Part shown: in pieces, positions 41,100 through 54,440 of the stretch
Numbering within the stretch: position 1 is the first letter of the stretch
Layout: each line of letters opens with the position of its first letter
NCBI RefSeq assembly: GCF_009914755.1
Contig: NC_060930.1
From: the human T2T-CHM13v2.0 reference genome, Homo sapiens
Direction: 5' to 3' (one strand)
DNA length: 64,000 bases
Position numbers and translations under genes: made by a program
Notes under the pieces: model-generated
What the model was told of the DNA's origin: nothing
What the model saw: the letters and a program-made list of their open reading frames with translations, nothing else
The model's database searches: none

Positions 41100-44000
41100 T
41101 TTAAATGGAAGCTTTGATGCACTACACAGATCCCCTACCCAGGCACCTATTCCATAGCTACTGGGAGTGTTGGTAGATGACCACTCTCTAATGAGTAACT
41201 TTCCAGGAATTTCCTTAGGCAAAAAGAGTTGTCACATCTAATGTTAACTTGAACTCCACACCCAGCTTGCATTCTGTGGCAGGTTGGTGCAAGAATATAT
41301 AGACCTAGCTACCTTTGGGCATGCTGAAATAAAAAAGAGACTGTACTTCAAAGGAATTGTAGAACTAGCCAATGTGTACCAACAGGAATCCAGAGAATAT
41401 ACATGGTGACTGGATTCTGAGGACCTGCATTATGACAGAACAGAATAAAAAGTTATATAATGAAGATTTTATCAATATAAGCTTGCTTTCTTATGATACA
41501 GGTTTAACATTCTTGTAATTACCCCAAGAACCTGTCTCTGCACACTACTCGTGGTACTTAGAAACTTGGAAAAAGTAATGCCTAACACTAAGTGAGAGAA
41601 ATAGCCTGGTAACAAATGGAGAGAAAGAACAAAAGATTCAGAGAACAGCGTGGGTATGCTAAGTAATATCTGAATACTCACAAACTTCCTACGCTCTCTC
41701 GATGCTGGATGGTGCTGTTTGCCTGAGGACATGTGTCTATCAAAACAATATACACTGTGCTAACGAGAGAGGTTGCAGGATCACAGAGAAGCTTATCAGA
41801 GATTCAACACGTTTTCTCAGTGACATGGAAGTTTGTGAAGGCCCTGCAGCAGATCTAAGACATTTAAATTATACTCATTCAAAAACAGATACTGGAATGC
41901 CAGTGAGTCCCGGAGGAGAAAAAGTAACTCACTATGGCACAGTAGATGAATATGCAGCCTGAGCAACCTGCCATAGGCTGGGTTCTATCAAAACCACCAC
42001 ATCTGCCGCCCAACAGCATTCCGTCTTATGACGGAAGTGGTATGCTCAGAATCGAAAATAAGAATGTCTTGAATTCACAAATAAGCTGCACAAACAAGTA
42101 GCATACAGCCTGGTGTTATTATCTACTCTTGTAGTCAGCCAACCCATAGAGGGTGGCTGTGGCTTATGACCAGCTGACTGAGGAGGAAAAAGACTAACCT
42201 TAGTTAAGAGATGTTTTGGATCAGTGAGTACAAACTAAAATTGAGATTCTGCTGCACTACTGTCAATCTATGTGTCACCCTGAAAGACAATGTCAAGGGA
42301 CAATGCTCCCAAGGGGCAGATCTTTGAATAATGCTCCTTATCAACTCAGAGACACAGCAGATACAAAGAGATCTGGAGAAAGAACATAAGGGTAAACTTC
42401 ACAAACTGTGAGGATTCTTGAATTGTATGTTAGTTATGCACTTCTAAACAACTAAAGAAAACAGAATGATTCTACCAGCCAGTCGTTCCCATCAGTCTTC
42501 AGTGCCGGCATAATGGCTAATGGCTGCAGGAATGGAATAATCAAGGTAGCAGAGATGTAGGCTACACATGAAACCTACTGTTTGAGCCTCACTCACCGCT
42601 GGTTATCCAGCTTGTCAGCAAAAGGGACAAACACTTATCTATCAGAGGTTACTTCTTCCAAGGAACTCAATTAGCAACTTGGACCTCTTAAACCCTGGTA
42701 TTCTAACTGCAATGTCTCATCTTTTAAGACTGTTGCATTGGGGATTAAGTTTAAACATTTGAATTTTTTGGGATGCATTAAGACAATAGCACCAGTGGAT
42801 TTCATTGCCACGTAACTTCTTTCTTTGTTATCAATTGAATCTCTTGGTCTGATGAGATGTTACATGAGACAACTTGTCTGTAAATCAAGCACTTCACAAA
42901 CACTGTGATAGTGCTGCTGACCTATCCTAGGATGGCCTGAGAGCAGAAAAAGCAACTCATGCCAGAAACGTAGGTGCATTCCAATTAAGATTAGGCCATG
43001 AGTGCTCCATCCTCATGGATGGGACTTTTGAATTATAAAAGGGCTGAAGGGAACTAGGTAGGCCTCTTTTTTTCTTTCTGTCTCTTCTGCCATGAGAAGC
43101 CACAGCATTCACAGTGCCGTCTTGGAAGCAGACTGTGTCCACACTAGATGTCAAACTTGCTAGCTCCTTGATTTAGGACTTACTACTCTCCAGAATTGTG
43201 TGAATAAATTTCTGTTCTTCATAAATTACCCAGTCTCAGTTATTTTGTTAGAGAAGCACAAACTAAGAAAATTGGCCATATCAAATATTTGCCATCCAGA
43301 AGCTGCTGGCTTAATAAAGCAGTATCATGGCTTCTGAAAATGAAAATGGGCTGCCATTATCCAGAATTTGTTTTCCATCCTAAGTCAGTTGTTATTATCG
43401 GATGCTGTGTCCAATAGGTCAAAAACTTGTGTCTAGCCACTCAGTGGTGAAAGTAGGAGTGCCCCTGTCTACCATCACACTTAGCTACCTGCATAAGGAT
43501 TTTGTACTTCCCATGTCAATGAGTTCACCGGAGGCTGTAACGATAACTCTAATAACATCAGGTTCTGGCTGCTTTTTGATCAGTGTAGGCTCCTTGTGCT
43601 AAAAAACCACGTAGCAAGAAAACACGTTATTCTCCTTTCTAGTGTTATTGATCACAATTATCAACAGCGTATTGGGCTGCTGTTAAAATTTGGAGATATG
43701 GAGGGAGATATGTGGCTCATCAGATGACCATTTATTGCATCTCTTGATATGCCTTGGTGCAAATTTTACAGTAAATGGACTATTGTGGTTGCTATGACCT
43801 GAATAGGTCATGGTATTTGGAGACATAGATAACTGAAAATGTTCTTGATCATGCCTCTACAGAGGTGCTAGCCTAGGTTAAGCAAAATCTTGAGTGAGAA
43901 GTAGTTGAGAGAGTCCATAAATGACAGTTGAGGCCTCTAGTTCAGTGTCAGTGATGAGGTACAGAGGTAAAAGATACAGTTCATCCAAGTATACTTCTTG

Positions 44001-44500
44001 ATAGTTTTTTCCAGGGAAGAAGATCAAGGAGAATTTTACAGGTCTGTTTGAAAATTTTGTTTTGAAAAGATAATGGATGTGTGTTGAGCAAGGGTTGGGC
44101 TGAGTGGAATCTTTAGTAGGTCATCCAGATTCACCCTTTAGGACTGAAGCATTCATTCCTCCATGCTGACAGCTCACAGTTAACTCATTCTGCCAAAAAT
44201 ACTACCTCCATAGAGCTCGCAAGACATCCCCAGGGGCACTCTAATTCTAATGACTGGTTTATACCATGGTATAAAGAATGAGGTCACCTTTCTGCAGGCA
44301 GGATAACTCGAAAGGAACATCCTAGCTTCAGAGCTCTTCATCACATTGGCCAAGGCGTTTGCACAATTTCATTCCAGTTTAATTGCTTTCTCTGTGTAAT
44401 CCTTCTTCCTTAACTCCCTTATAGAAGTTGATTTCAAGGACACTCTCCTATTACATTGAATAAACCTCCTACATGAAAATCTAGGCAGCCCAATCTAAGA
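41100..44500 (+). mobile_element. Ancient ERVL provirus relic with LTR16-like LTRs
   Basis: LTR16-like segments at ~41110-41230 and ~44100-44500. Gag-like 'LANVYQQESREY..WIL' at ~41365. Integrase motifs include 'HPEAAGLI' at ~43293. Confidence 0.75.
42714..43270 (+). mobile_element. MST-type MaLR LTR split by an inversion (5' part minus at 42714-42791, 3' part plus at ~42988-43270)
   Basis: The minus part reads 'tgctattgtcttaatgcatccc...acttaatccccaatgcaacag'. The plus part continues 'gattaggccatgagtgctccatcctcatgg...aataaatttctgttc...aactaagaaa'. Confidence 0.85.
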
Positions 44501-44638
44501 AAAATGTCTATAAAGTTAAAGTTATTAGAGGAGTATGTCTTGATGTAATGTGTTTTATTTTACTGGAATCAAGTAAGCACAAATTTAGCTAACTCCAAGA
44601 GATGTATTGTAGAGGGGGATTCTTATATTGCATGCAGG

Positions 44639-44691
44639 TTTTAATTACATGACCTCTAAATAATCTTCAAGTTCTGAATTAACATTGCAGG

Positions 44692-44734
<43 letters not shown>

Positions 44735-44809
44735 AATTACATGGCCTCTAAATGATCTTCAATTCTGAATTAACATTGCAGGTTATATGTATGTGCGTGT
44801 GTGTGTGTG

Positions 44810-44845
<36 letters not shown>

Positions 44846-44850
44846 CATGC
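44639..44850. repeat. ~55-bp direct duplication, each copy followed by a microsatellite
   Basis: 44639-44693 matches 44731-44784. (TG)n lies between the copies and a TG/TA/CA tract follows. Confidence 0.92.
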
Positions 44851-46136
44851 ATAACATAAATTTATCTCTTTTTCCATATGTGTTAAAGTAAAAATGACAT
44901 CTTCCTACAGGCCAGGAATAGTCCCTCTTTTTCCCAACATTAAGTTTAAATCTACATAAATAAGGTTATAGAGTGGTGAAGCTGGATTAAATCTATAAAT
45001 ATACAATTGAAGAAAGAGAAAATTAAAATTAAAAATAAAGTTATATCTTAGCATCCTGAAAGGTAAAATATTGAAAAATAATCACATGCATTTTTAGAAT
45101 AATAACTGATTAGCATTTTAGATGGATATTTACACTTTCTTTTCCTCTTTTCTCGTATTAGTTCTACTATCAGCACTTTTCTTTCCTAGAAGAGTCAGGC
45201 TTCTATAAATGTGGTTAACTGCATGACTAAGAAAATAAATTAAACTTTGAAATGGTAATTTAAATTTCAGTTGACTTAATAAGGAAACTAATGAAAGGAA
45301 GTGAATCAGGACTTCAGAACCATGTTGCCTGTTTGCTGACTCTGCTTTACTTGTCCTTTTCAACTAGATTTTTTTTTTCACATTGTGATAGACTTACGAC
45401 TGAAGGAGATACAGTACATGCTTACTTATTGCAGTTCATTTTGCTTTCCTAGCATGTACAAAAATATTTGTTCTGTAAAAATCATTACCCTATAGTTAGA
45501 ATCACTCAATACAAATAAAGCATATGTCTTTCTGATTTTCTTAAATACATGCATTAAAATTTATTATATTGTGTTAAAACATAATTACATTCTTTCTTGT
45601 TATTCTTTTAATTTTCTTGCTTATTTTTAAAACATTTACCACAAATTAAATACACACATGCATTATATATATGTATATATCACATTCATATATGTAATTA
45701 TGATAAAGTTCTGAGGAAGCAAAAGGAAATCTCATGTTTTTCTCTTAAAATAACATTTTCTACCAATTTTAGAAAAAAAGATTTAATTGAGAAGATATCC
45801 ATGCCAACATGTTTTTTGAACATATGTTTTTTTTTCCATGGAATTTCACATAGTGAGATTTAATAAAGATATAAGAAAAAAAATGCAACAGTAGTAAAGG
45901 TAGTATTGATTAAATATTTGTATATTTCTATAGTTTTTTTTCCTATGAAAAATAAATTTCATTTATATGGCAAAAGCAAAATATGAAAATTGACTGGTTT
46001 TGTTATGAACTCATATGTTTTCTTTATGGCTATACAAGTGAAGGAATAAAATTGCCTTGCAATAATGCAAGGGGCAAAGATGGAAGAGTAAAGAGAACCA
46101 GAGCAGTCAGTTTCCACTAACCCTTTAGTATAATTT

Positions 46137-46609
46137 TGAGGAACACATAAGTTAAACATTAAAGAACTAGAGAAACTGCTGCCTGACTACAAGGGCTGGA
46201 ATGTGAAAACAAACCCATTAAGACCCCACCTGGGTTTTCTCAGACCCTAAAATCTGATTGAATAATAAAAGTGTTCTTACACATACACCTCATACAACGA
46301 CCCACTTAAGATTAAGAAACTTTCCAAGACTCTAGAGAAAGCTTTCCAGACCCCAGGCCCTAGTTAAAGATGAGATATAGATTGAGTGAAACAATCCTGC
46401 TTGTACATGCATTCCCACATGTAGGCATAAAGCTTAAAACGTATATAAGCACTAGAAGAAAACTTGTAACTTTGAGTTGGTTTGGTGAATTTTCCTAACC
46501 TTCTCCCTGTGGCCAGTTGCAGAAATAAACTTTCTTCTTTGCCAGTCCATCTGCATCTTGTTATTGGACCACAAGACTAAGCAGCCAGACCACTTTCTGT
46601 CTGGGAACA
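46137..46609 (+). mobile_element. Solo ERV LTR, family not assigned
   Basis: TG...AACA termini, TATATAA at ~46443, AATAAA at ~46524. No matching TSD. Confidence 0.7.
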
Positions 46610-49600
46610 AAAACACTCTTCCCAACAACAACAACAACAACAACAAAATACACATTCTTCTCAGGTGCACATGGAATAGTTTACAGAATAGGTCATGTAC
46701 TAGGTCACAAATTAAGTGTCAATAGATTTTAAAAGATAGGTATTATACAAAATATCTTCTCTAGCTACAATGGGATAAAGTTAGAGATCAAAAACAAAAG
46801 AAAAGATGAAAACAATTACAAATTTGTTAAAATTAAATATCACACTCTTCAAAAATCAATGGATTTAAGAAAAAATTACAAAAGGAACTCGAAAATACTT
46901 AGAGATGAATAAAAATGAAAACACCATGCACCAAATATATAGAACATGGTAAAAACAGTGTTAAGGAGAAAATTTATATCTATATACATTTATATTAAGA
47001 AATAAGATCTCAAATCAACCATATTAATTTAAAATGAGAAACTGAAAAAATAATAACAAATTAAACCCAAAGCTAGCAGAAAGACAGAAATAATAAAAAC
47101 TAGAGGAAGGAATAATAAATAGAGAACTTAATTAAAAAAGGGAAAATTAATGAAACCAAAAGACTTTTCTCTGAATAAAAAAAAAACAAATTTAGCTAGA
47201 TGGACTAACAATAAAGAGAGAATACTCAAATTCTGAAAATCAGGAAAGTGTAGACATTATTACCAACTCTATAGAAATTAAAAAGATTATAAGTGTACTA
47301 TGAATAATTGTATACAAAAAACTTGGTTAACCTAGACGAAATGGACAAATTTCTAGGAACACAAACTTATCAAGACTAAGTCAGGAATAAATAGAAAATT
47401 TACATAGATCTATATCTAGTGAGGAGATTGTGTAAGTAATCAAAAATATCCCAATTAGGAAAACCCTGGATCTGATGCCTTCTCTAGTAAAGTTTACCAA
47501 CTAGTTAAAAAAAGAACTAACATCAATTCTTCTCAAACTTTTCCAAAAAATTTGAAGAGGCAAAAACACTTCCTAACTCATTTTGTGAAGCAAATATTAC
47601 CTTGACACCAAAATCAGACAAAAGCACTACAAGAAAAGAAAACCACATACCAATATCCTTTATGAAAATAAATAAAAAATTATCAACAAAATACTAGCAA
47701 ACCAAATTCAGATGCATATTAAAAAGATTGTACACCATGGCCAAGTAGAGTTTATTATTGGATAAATATGCAAAGATGATTCAACATTCACAATGAAGAG
47801 GAAAAAAAACACGTTTATCTCAAGTAATGCAGAAAAAGCATTTGTTAAAATTCAACACACTTTTATGACAAAAATGAGCAAATTAGGTATAGTAGGAAAC
47901 TACTTGAATATAATAAAAGCTGTATATAAAAAAATGTAGCAAACATAATGCTTAATGGTGAATGACAGCTTTTCTTCTAAAACGTGGAACAAGGAAAGGA
48001 TATCTGCTTTTGTCACTTGTATTCAACATAGTGTTGGAAGCTCTAGTCAAAGCAATTAGGCAAACAAACAAACAAAAGAGAAATAAAAAGCATCCAAATG
48101 GGAAAGAAAGAAAAAAAATCCATTTTGCAGATGATATAATCTTAGGTGTAGAATCCTAAATATTCAACATGAAAATTGTTAGAACTAGTAAATGAATTTA
48201 GCAAGGTAGCAGAATACAAAGTCAACACACCAAAATCCATTACATTTCTATATTTTAACAATGAACAACCTGAAGAGAAAATGAAGAAAACAACTCTATT
48301 TACAAAAATAAAAATTAAAAACTTAGGAATTATCTTGACCAAGGAGATGAACTTGTACCGTGAAAACTACAAAACATTGTTGAAAGAAATTAAAGGACAC
48401 AAATAAATGGAAATGCATTTCATGATAATGGATTGGAAGACCATATTGTTAAAAAGTTGATACTATCCAATGTGAACTACAGATTCAGTGCAATCTCTAT
48501 CAAAATCCTAATGCTTTATTTTTCAGAAATAGAGCACCCATTCTAAACTTGACATAAAATTTCAGAGGATCAGGAAGAGCCAAAACAATCTTGAAACAGG
48601 AAAACAAAGCCGGAGAACCCTCACATCTGATTTCAAAACTTAATACAAAGCTACAGTAGTCAAACATTGTGGTTGTGGCATAAAGTCAGACTTGGAGACC
48701 AATGGAATAAAATAGAGAGCCCAGAAATAAACCATTGCCTCTATTTTCGAATGATTTTTGACAAGGGTATGAAGAGCATTCAATAGGTAAAGGACAGTCT
48801 TTCAACAATTGGTACTGGAAAATTGGATTGACATGCAAAATAATACGGTTGGACCCTTACCTAAAACCATACACAGAAATTCACTCAGAATGAATCACAG
48901 AGCTAAATGTAAGGCCAGACACTGTAAAGTTATTATAATAAAATATAAAGAAAAAGCTTTGCAGCTTGAGATTTGGCAATAATCTCCTGGATATGACACT
49001 AAATGCCCAGGTAACAACAGCAACAAAAACTAGACAAATTGGACTTCAAGAAAATTATTAAAAAATATATTAAAAGACACCATCAAGAGAGTAAAAAGGA
49101 AATATACAGAATGGAAGAAAATATTTGAAAATCATGTATTTGATAAGGGATTCATATCAAGAACACATAAACAACTCCTAAAATTCAACAACAAAACAGC
49201 CTTATTCAAAAATGGGCAAAGAACTTGAATAGACATTTTTTCAAAGAAGATATACAAATAGCCAGTTATCACATGACATAATGCTTAACATTGCTCATCA
49301 TTTGAGAAATAAAATAAAAGCTAGCACAAGATACCACCTTACACCCATTAGTGTATTGGTTATCAAAGAAAAAAACAAGTAACAATTGTGGTATGCACAA
49401 TAATTGGAACCCTTTTTTATTGTTGCTGGAAATGTAAATAATATAACTGCTACGAAAGGCAGTATGGCCATTCCTCAAATAATCAAAAATATAATTACCA
49501 TATGATTAAACAGTTCCACTTCTGGGTATAGATTAAAAAGAATAAAATCAAAGTCTTGAAGAGATAGTTAAACATTCACGTGCAGCATTGTTCACAACAG

Positions 49601-50051
49601 CTAAAACATGGAAGCAACTCAAGTGTCCTTTGAGGGATGAATAAATAAGCAAAATATGCTATATAAACACAATAGAATATTGTTTAATTGTAAAAAGGAA
49701 AGGAATTCAAACATATGTTACAACATGGATGAAACTTGAGGACATTATGCTAAGTAAAATAAGCCAGTTACAAAAAGACAAATACTGTATGTTTCCAGTT
49801 AGATAGGGCACTTAAGATACTCAAGATCATAGAGACCTAAAGTAGAGTGGTGGTTGCCAGAGAAGCAGGGGAAGGATATTGAGATATTTTTTAATGCATA
49901 CAGAGTTCTAGTTTTGCAAGATGAAAAGAAATCTGAAGATGGATAGTGATGATAATATACATCTTTATGAATATATTTAATAATACTGTCAATATTTTTA
50001 AAATTTTTAAGATGGTAAATTTTATGTCATGTATGTTTTACTACAATAAAA
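46610..50051 (+). mobile_element. L1MB-type element: decayed ORF2 plus 3' UTR
   Basis: RT motifs (GTRKGYLLLSLVFNIVLE, FADD, LELVNEFSKVAEYKVN). L1MB-like 3' end 'ggtaaattttatgtcatgtatgttttactacaataaaa'. Confidence 0.92.
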
Positions 50052-51914
50052 CAGTTGTGAAAACCATGTAATTACATGTATCATTTGAAGTTATGATATA
50101 CAGAACACATGGGAGGAGAAAGCCTGGGTACTCTTTCCCTTGTTTTATTTAGAATGAGTAAATATTTTCACTTGCTTCTTACCAAACTGGTTTTCATAGC
50201 TTGTTCCCTTTTTTTCCTCAGATAGAACTTTTCCCTTGCATTGTGATGTGTTTTATCAAATGATTGAGAATCCCTACACCACAGTTGAAAAGAATTGGAA
50301 ACATCGTCAAATTATATCTCTTGTGTTACAAATACTATTATCTGTTCACCAAATCTCATTACAGAGTTCTCCCTTATGAACAAAGATGACTCATTTTAAG
50401 CCTATTTACACTAAAGTGAAATTGTGTGTCTATCTAGGGTTCATAATAAGTGAGTTAATGTGATATATTTTCCCATCTTGGCTGAGTCAGAGAAAAGTCT
50501 CTGCATGGTTTTCTAGTATCTTTCTTCCTCTTCTTGATGATGTAAAAGAACTCTTCATCATATTGAAACCCTGTGTTTGGAGCAGACACAAACACCAATT
50601 TGTAGTAGATATATATATTGAAATGGTATCAATGATTATTATATTTAACTACTAAAATTAAAAAGTAAGTGGTTGCTTTACCCTAACTTAATTTATCTGG
50701 ACCAGTAACATACATGCATAAAAATATGTTTGATATGCAAAATTAGTATTTGATTAAGATTGATATGGCAATAGCAAGAAACAAGTTTAGTGCAGTATTA
50801 TTTTCATAATCATAACAGATTTTTATTTTTGTTTCCCAGTTTTGTTTTCATTTTTTTTCTTTTATCTTCATTCAACCCAACTTGATATTTGGATTCTTTG
50901 CTCTTGCAGAAAGATGTGGCAAGATATAGAGATATATGCTCTTATTATGGGTTTATTTTGTATAGGCCATTATCTTTCAAGGAGGATACTACTGGCCATA
51001 AATAAATGAGCAGGAAAGATAGGGTTTGAGAAATGTAGAACTTTCCTTTTTTATACTGAGTGAAGGGAGACATAGTCACAATAAGGCAGTGATGTTTTCT
51101 AGAAAGGAGCTTCTGCTCCTTATTCCCAGGCAAAGCCACAAAGAAGCTGCAAGAAAAGCAAAATGGAAAAGTTATAGAGCAAGAATAGATAAATGGGTCC
51201 TGTAGATATTATCCTACCACAGCAGATTATAGGAAAAGCAGCATGATTCACAAGTCTCATGAATGGCCTTGAAATAGAAGTAAGATCCAACAAACATGAA
51301 AAGGTTTAGCGAATACAATAGAATGATGTCTCATGATGAACTGTTTAGATTACCATCACTAAGTCCCATGCAAAATGCTGGTCAGCTTTGGAATCACATG
51401 TGTGAATTAATTGCTGAAACTAGATAAGAAAAATTAATAAGTTACGAGAGAGTAGTGGAAATTAGTAACTAATACTCAAAATACTCCTAGAGTTCAAACA
51501 GACATAATAATTGTGCAATGAGAAAAATCTTCAAACTGACACACTGATTTTTAATGGTTACTATCTTGGAGTTCTATGGTTTCAAAATAGACATTATTAC
51601 AATTTAAAAAGAATGTGCTGATTGTATACTAGAATTTTGAACTGAGATCTAATTCCTTTAAAAAATAACAAAGAAAGTGAAAACAAGAATAACAATATAG
51701 GCCTCTAAAACACTCACATTTTATTTGTAATTTACTTACAGCTAAAGGTTTAAAGGTGTCCAAAGTCCAAACTTGAAAATGTCCAGGTAAAAGTGTCCAG
51801 TTTTGTGAGCTACACAAGTCAAAAAATATGACCTATACTTACAAATCTATTACTCTGTATCTCAATTGATGGAAATCTCAACATTAAAAAAATAATAATA
51901 ATCACAGTCTATGC

Positions 51915-52133
51915 CAGAGATCAGTTAAATAGCAAAAACCAAAGAGAAAATATGTGTGCCATATGCAACTTTGGGTGCCTTTGCAGCTACTCTTCTCTCT
52001 CATTACAGTGTAAAAACAACCTACGTAATTTTCTGAGATGAATAAATGAATGTGTCTAGTTTCGAATAAAATTGTATCTACAGAAATAGGTAGTGGGCTG
52101 AATTCAGCCCATAGGTCATAGTTTCCCTACCCC
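51915..52133. mobile_element. MER58A DNA transposon relic
   Basis: 'gcagctactc...aataaaattgtatctacagaaataggtagtgggctgaattcagcccataggtcatagtttcc'. Confidence 0.75.
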
Positions 52134-53241
52134 AAATCTACACTGCTGTTAAATTCTGTTAAGTTAAAATTAAGTTCAAACCGTGGATGTGAGTATATTT
52201 TTAAACTTTGAGATGATATTTGTCTTATTTAAACAATTTGAAATATAATACACTTTACTTTCATGTGTTTATTCATAAGAGTGATTTGGCTTTGTCTATT
52301 AACTCAAAGAATTCCAAATAATCTTCAATGTTTAGATGAAATGATTTTATAATTGAGAATCTGGAATGAATGTTGAGTGCATGTGTTTTGAAAGGAAGTA
52401 GGGATTGACAGACTACTGCTATAAATAGTCAGAGAAAAAGTAACAAAAAAAGAAAATATGTCACATTTGGGTGTCTTTTGGAATATATTGAAACTTATGG
52501 CATGTTTTTGTCATTTTAATCATACAATGTATACTTTTCCATTAATTGCAAGGCAGATATTTTCTCTCTCTGAAATGCTGAATAGAGCCCAAATTTCCAT
52601 ACATTTCACACCTAAGAATCTAGCATATGGAATATATTTCTTTTGAGGAGTTAGCAGCATTCTTATTAGCTGTTGATGACCTGTCAATATCTAATATTAT
52701 ACATACTAAAGAGCTAGAGTAGTCACTGAGGAATTCTAGAAGGAGAAATATGTTATATCCCAAAAACATAATCAAATGAATTATTCCAAGATTTATAATT
52801 GTTCTTAAGTTATATTGCCTTTTTGAATCACTTCTAAATTAGTAGCAGTATTTTTTGAAAATCAATTTATGATCCAAAGTATTTTCCATTGCACAATGTT
52901 ACTATTTCTAACATGTTTTATTATTTAAATCATTATTAAATATTATTTAATAAGGAATTACTTTTTGCCAGAAAATGCGTTCTTGAAAGTTGTAAGCTAT
53001 TGGGGAATACTCTGAGATGTGTGATTATTTGAATAATGTTGAGTGTTTGATAGGGTAACACCTAGGGGGGTAAACCTTCCTGTCTTAAAGAATTTTATTT
53101 TGAGCATCTATAGAAAACTGCTTGAAGCAAGTCAAGTGAAATTTAGTTTTCTAATTCAGACTTGCAAATAAAATGCAAATTTGAGAACAAAAGAAATGAA
53201 ATACTGCACACTTTAAAATAAACTTTGAATTGTACCATTTC

Positions 53242-53301
53242 TGACTAGGCCTCCTCCTAATATTCACTTATTCTCTTTAGTGTAAAGGATTAATAATACT
53301 G

Positions 53302-53364
<63 letters not shown>

Positions 53365-53483
53365 CCACATATATAAAGTCTATGTATATAAAACTATTTA
53401 TGTAAAGATATATATATATAGAGAGAGAGAGAGAAAATTATTAATCCTTTATAAAACAGTGACTATTAGGAGGAGGCTTAGTC

Positions 53484-53484
<1 letters not shown>
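53242..53484. repeat. Inverted duplication (fold-back) around a compound microsatellite
   Basis: Left arm 'tgactaggcctcctcctaatattcact...taaaggattaataat..(TC)n' is the reverse complement of '(GA)n..attattaatccttta...agtgactattaggaggaggcttagtca'. Confidence 0.93.
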
Positions 53485-53514
<30 letters not shown>

Positions 53515-54149
53515 GTCACACAGAGTAGAATTAATATATCATTAAAATATATTAACAATATATTTTTATTTTAATGTTTCTGTTTATGTATCATATCATA
53601 TTAATAATATAAGATTCATTTTCTATATAAAGGAGAAAAGGTAGAAACAGTAGGCAAGGCAATAATAGTCTCTTTGAGGGAGATGGTAATTCTTGAAGAA
53701 GAGATATTCATCCCACTCACTGCCCCATATAGCTACCAAAATTTTTGCTGACTGAACTGCTCTTCTAACCCATAAAGTCAGAATTGTAGAGTAATAGGCA
53801 AGGGAGAGATTGTAGAGTTCTCTAGCAAGTGAGTCTTGCTGCGCTTCTACAATGTCGGCTTGCATGTATAGGCAGGGTTTCCTGAATCGTAAGAAGTCAC
53901 TTAAGATTAAACTGTCTTTTTAGTATCCTACTGAGGAGGTTATTCTTCTAGGAAAGATAACTCATGAACAAGAGATGACAAGGTTGGGAGCAGGACTAAC
54001 AGAGAGAAAAGTATGTCAAATCTGAACTTGGGCATGGAGTGGGGTACCAACTTCTCTGCATGGGAACCATACAGGGAATAAAACTACACAGGGCTATTCA
54101 AGAATATATATCCCCACAATATAAGAAAACTCATTTGGACTACTTTCAT

Positions 54150-54440
54150 ACATATATTTATATTATATATATATTATATATATACTATATATTACTTATG
54201 TATTATTATATATGACATATAATTATATTATATATCATATATGTATATATGATATATATCATATATATGATATATAATATATATGATATATCATATATAT
54301 GATATATAATATATATGATATATCATATATATGATATATAATATATGATATATCATATATATGATATATATCATATATATCATATATCATATATAATATA
54401 TATGGTATATATCATATATATATACAATATATATATATAT
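54150..54440. repeat. AT-rich minisatellite (~28-30-bp units of atatatgatatatcatatatatgatatata)
   Basis: Seen directly. Confidence 0.93.
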
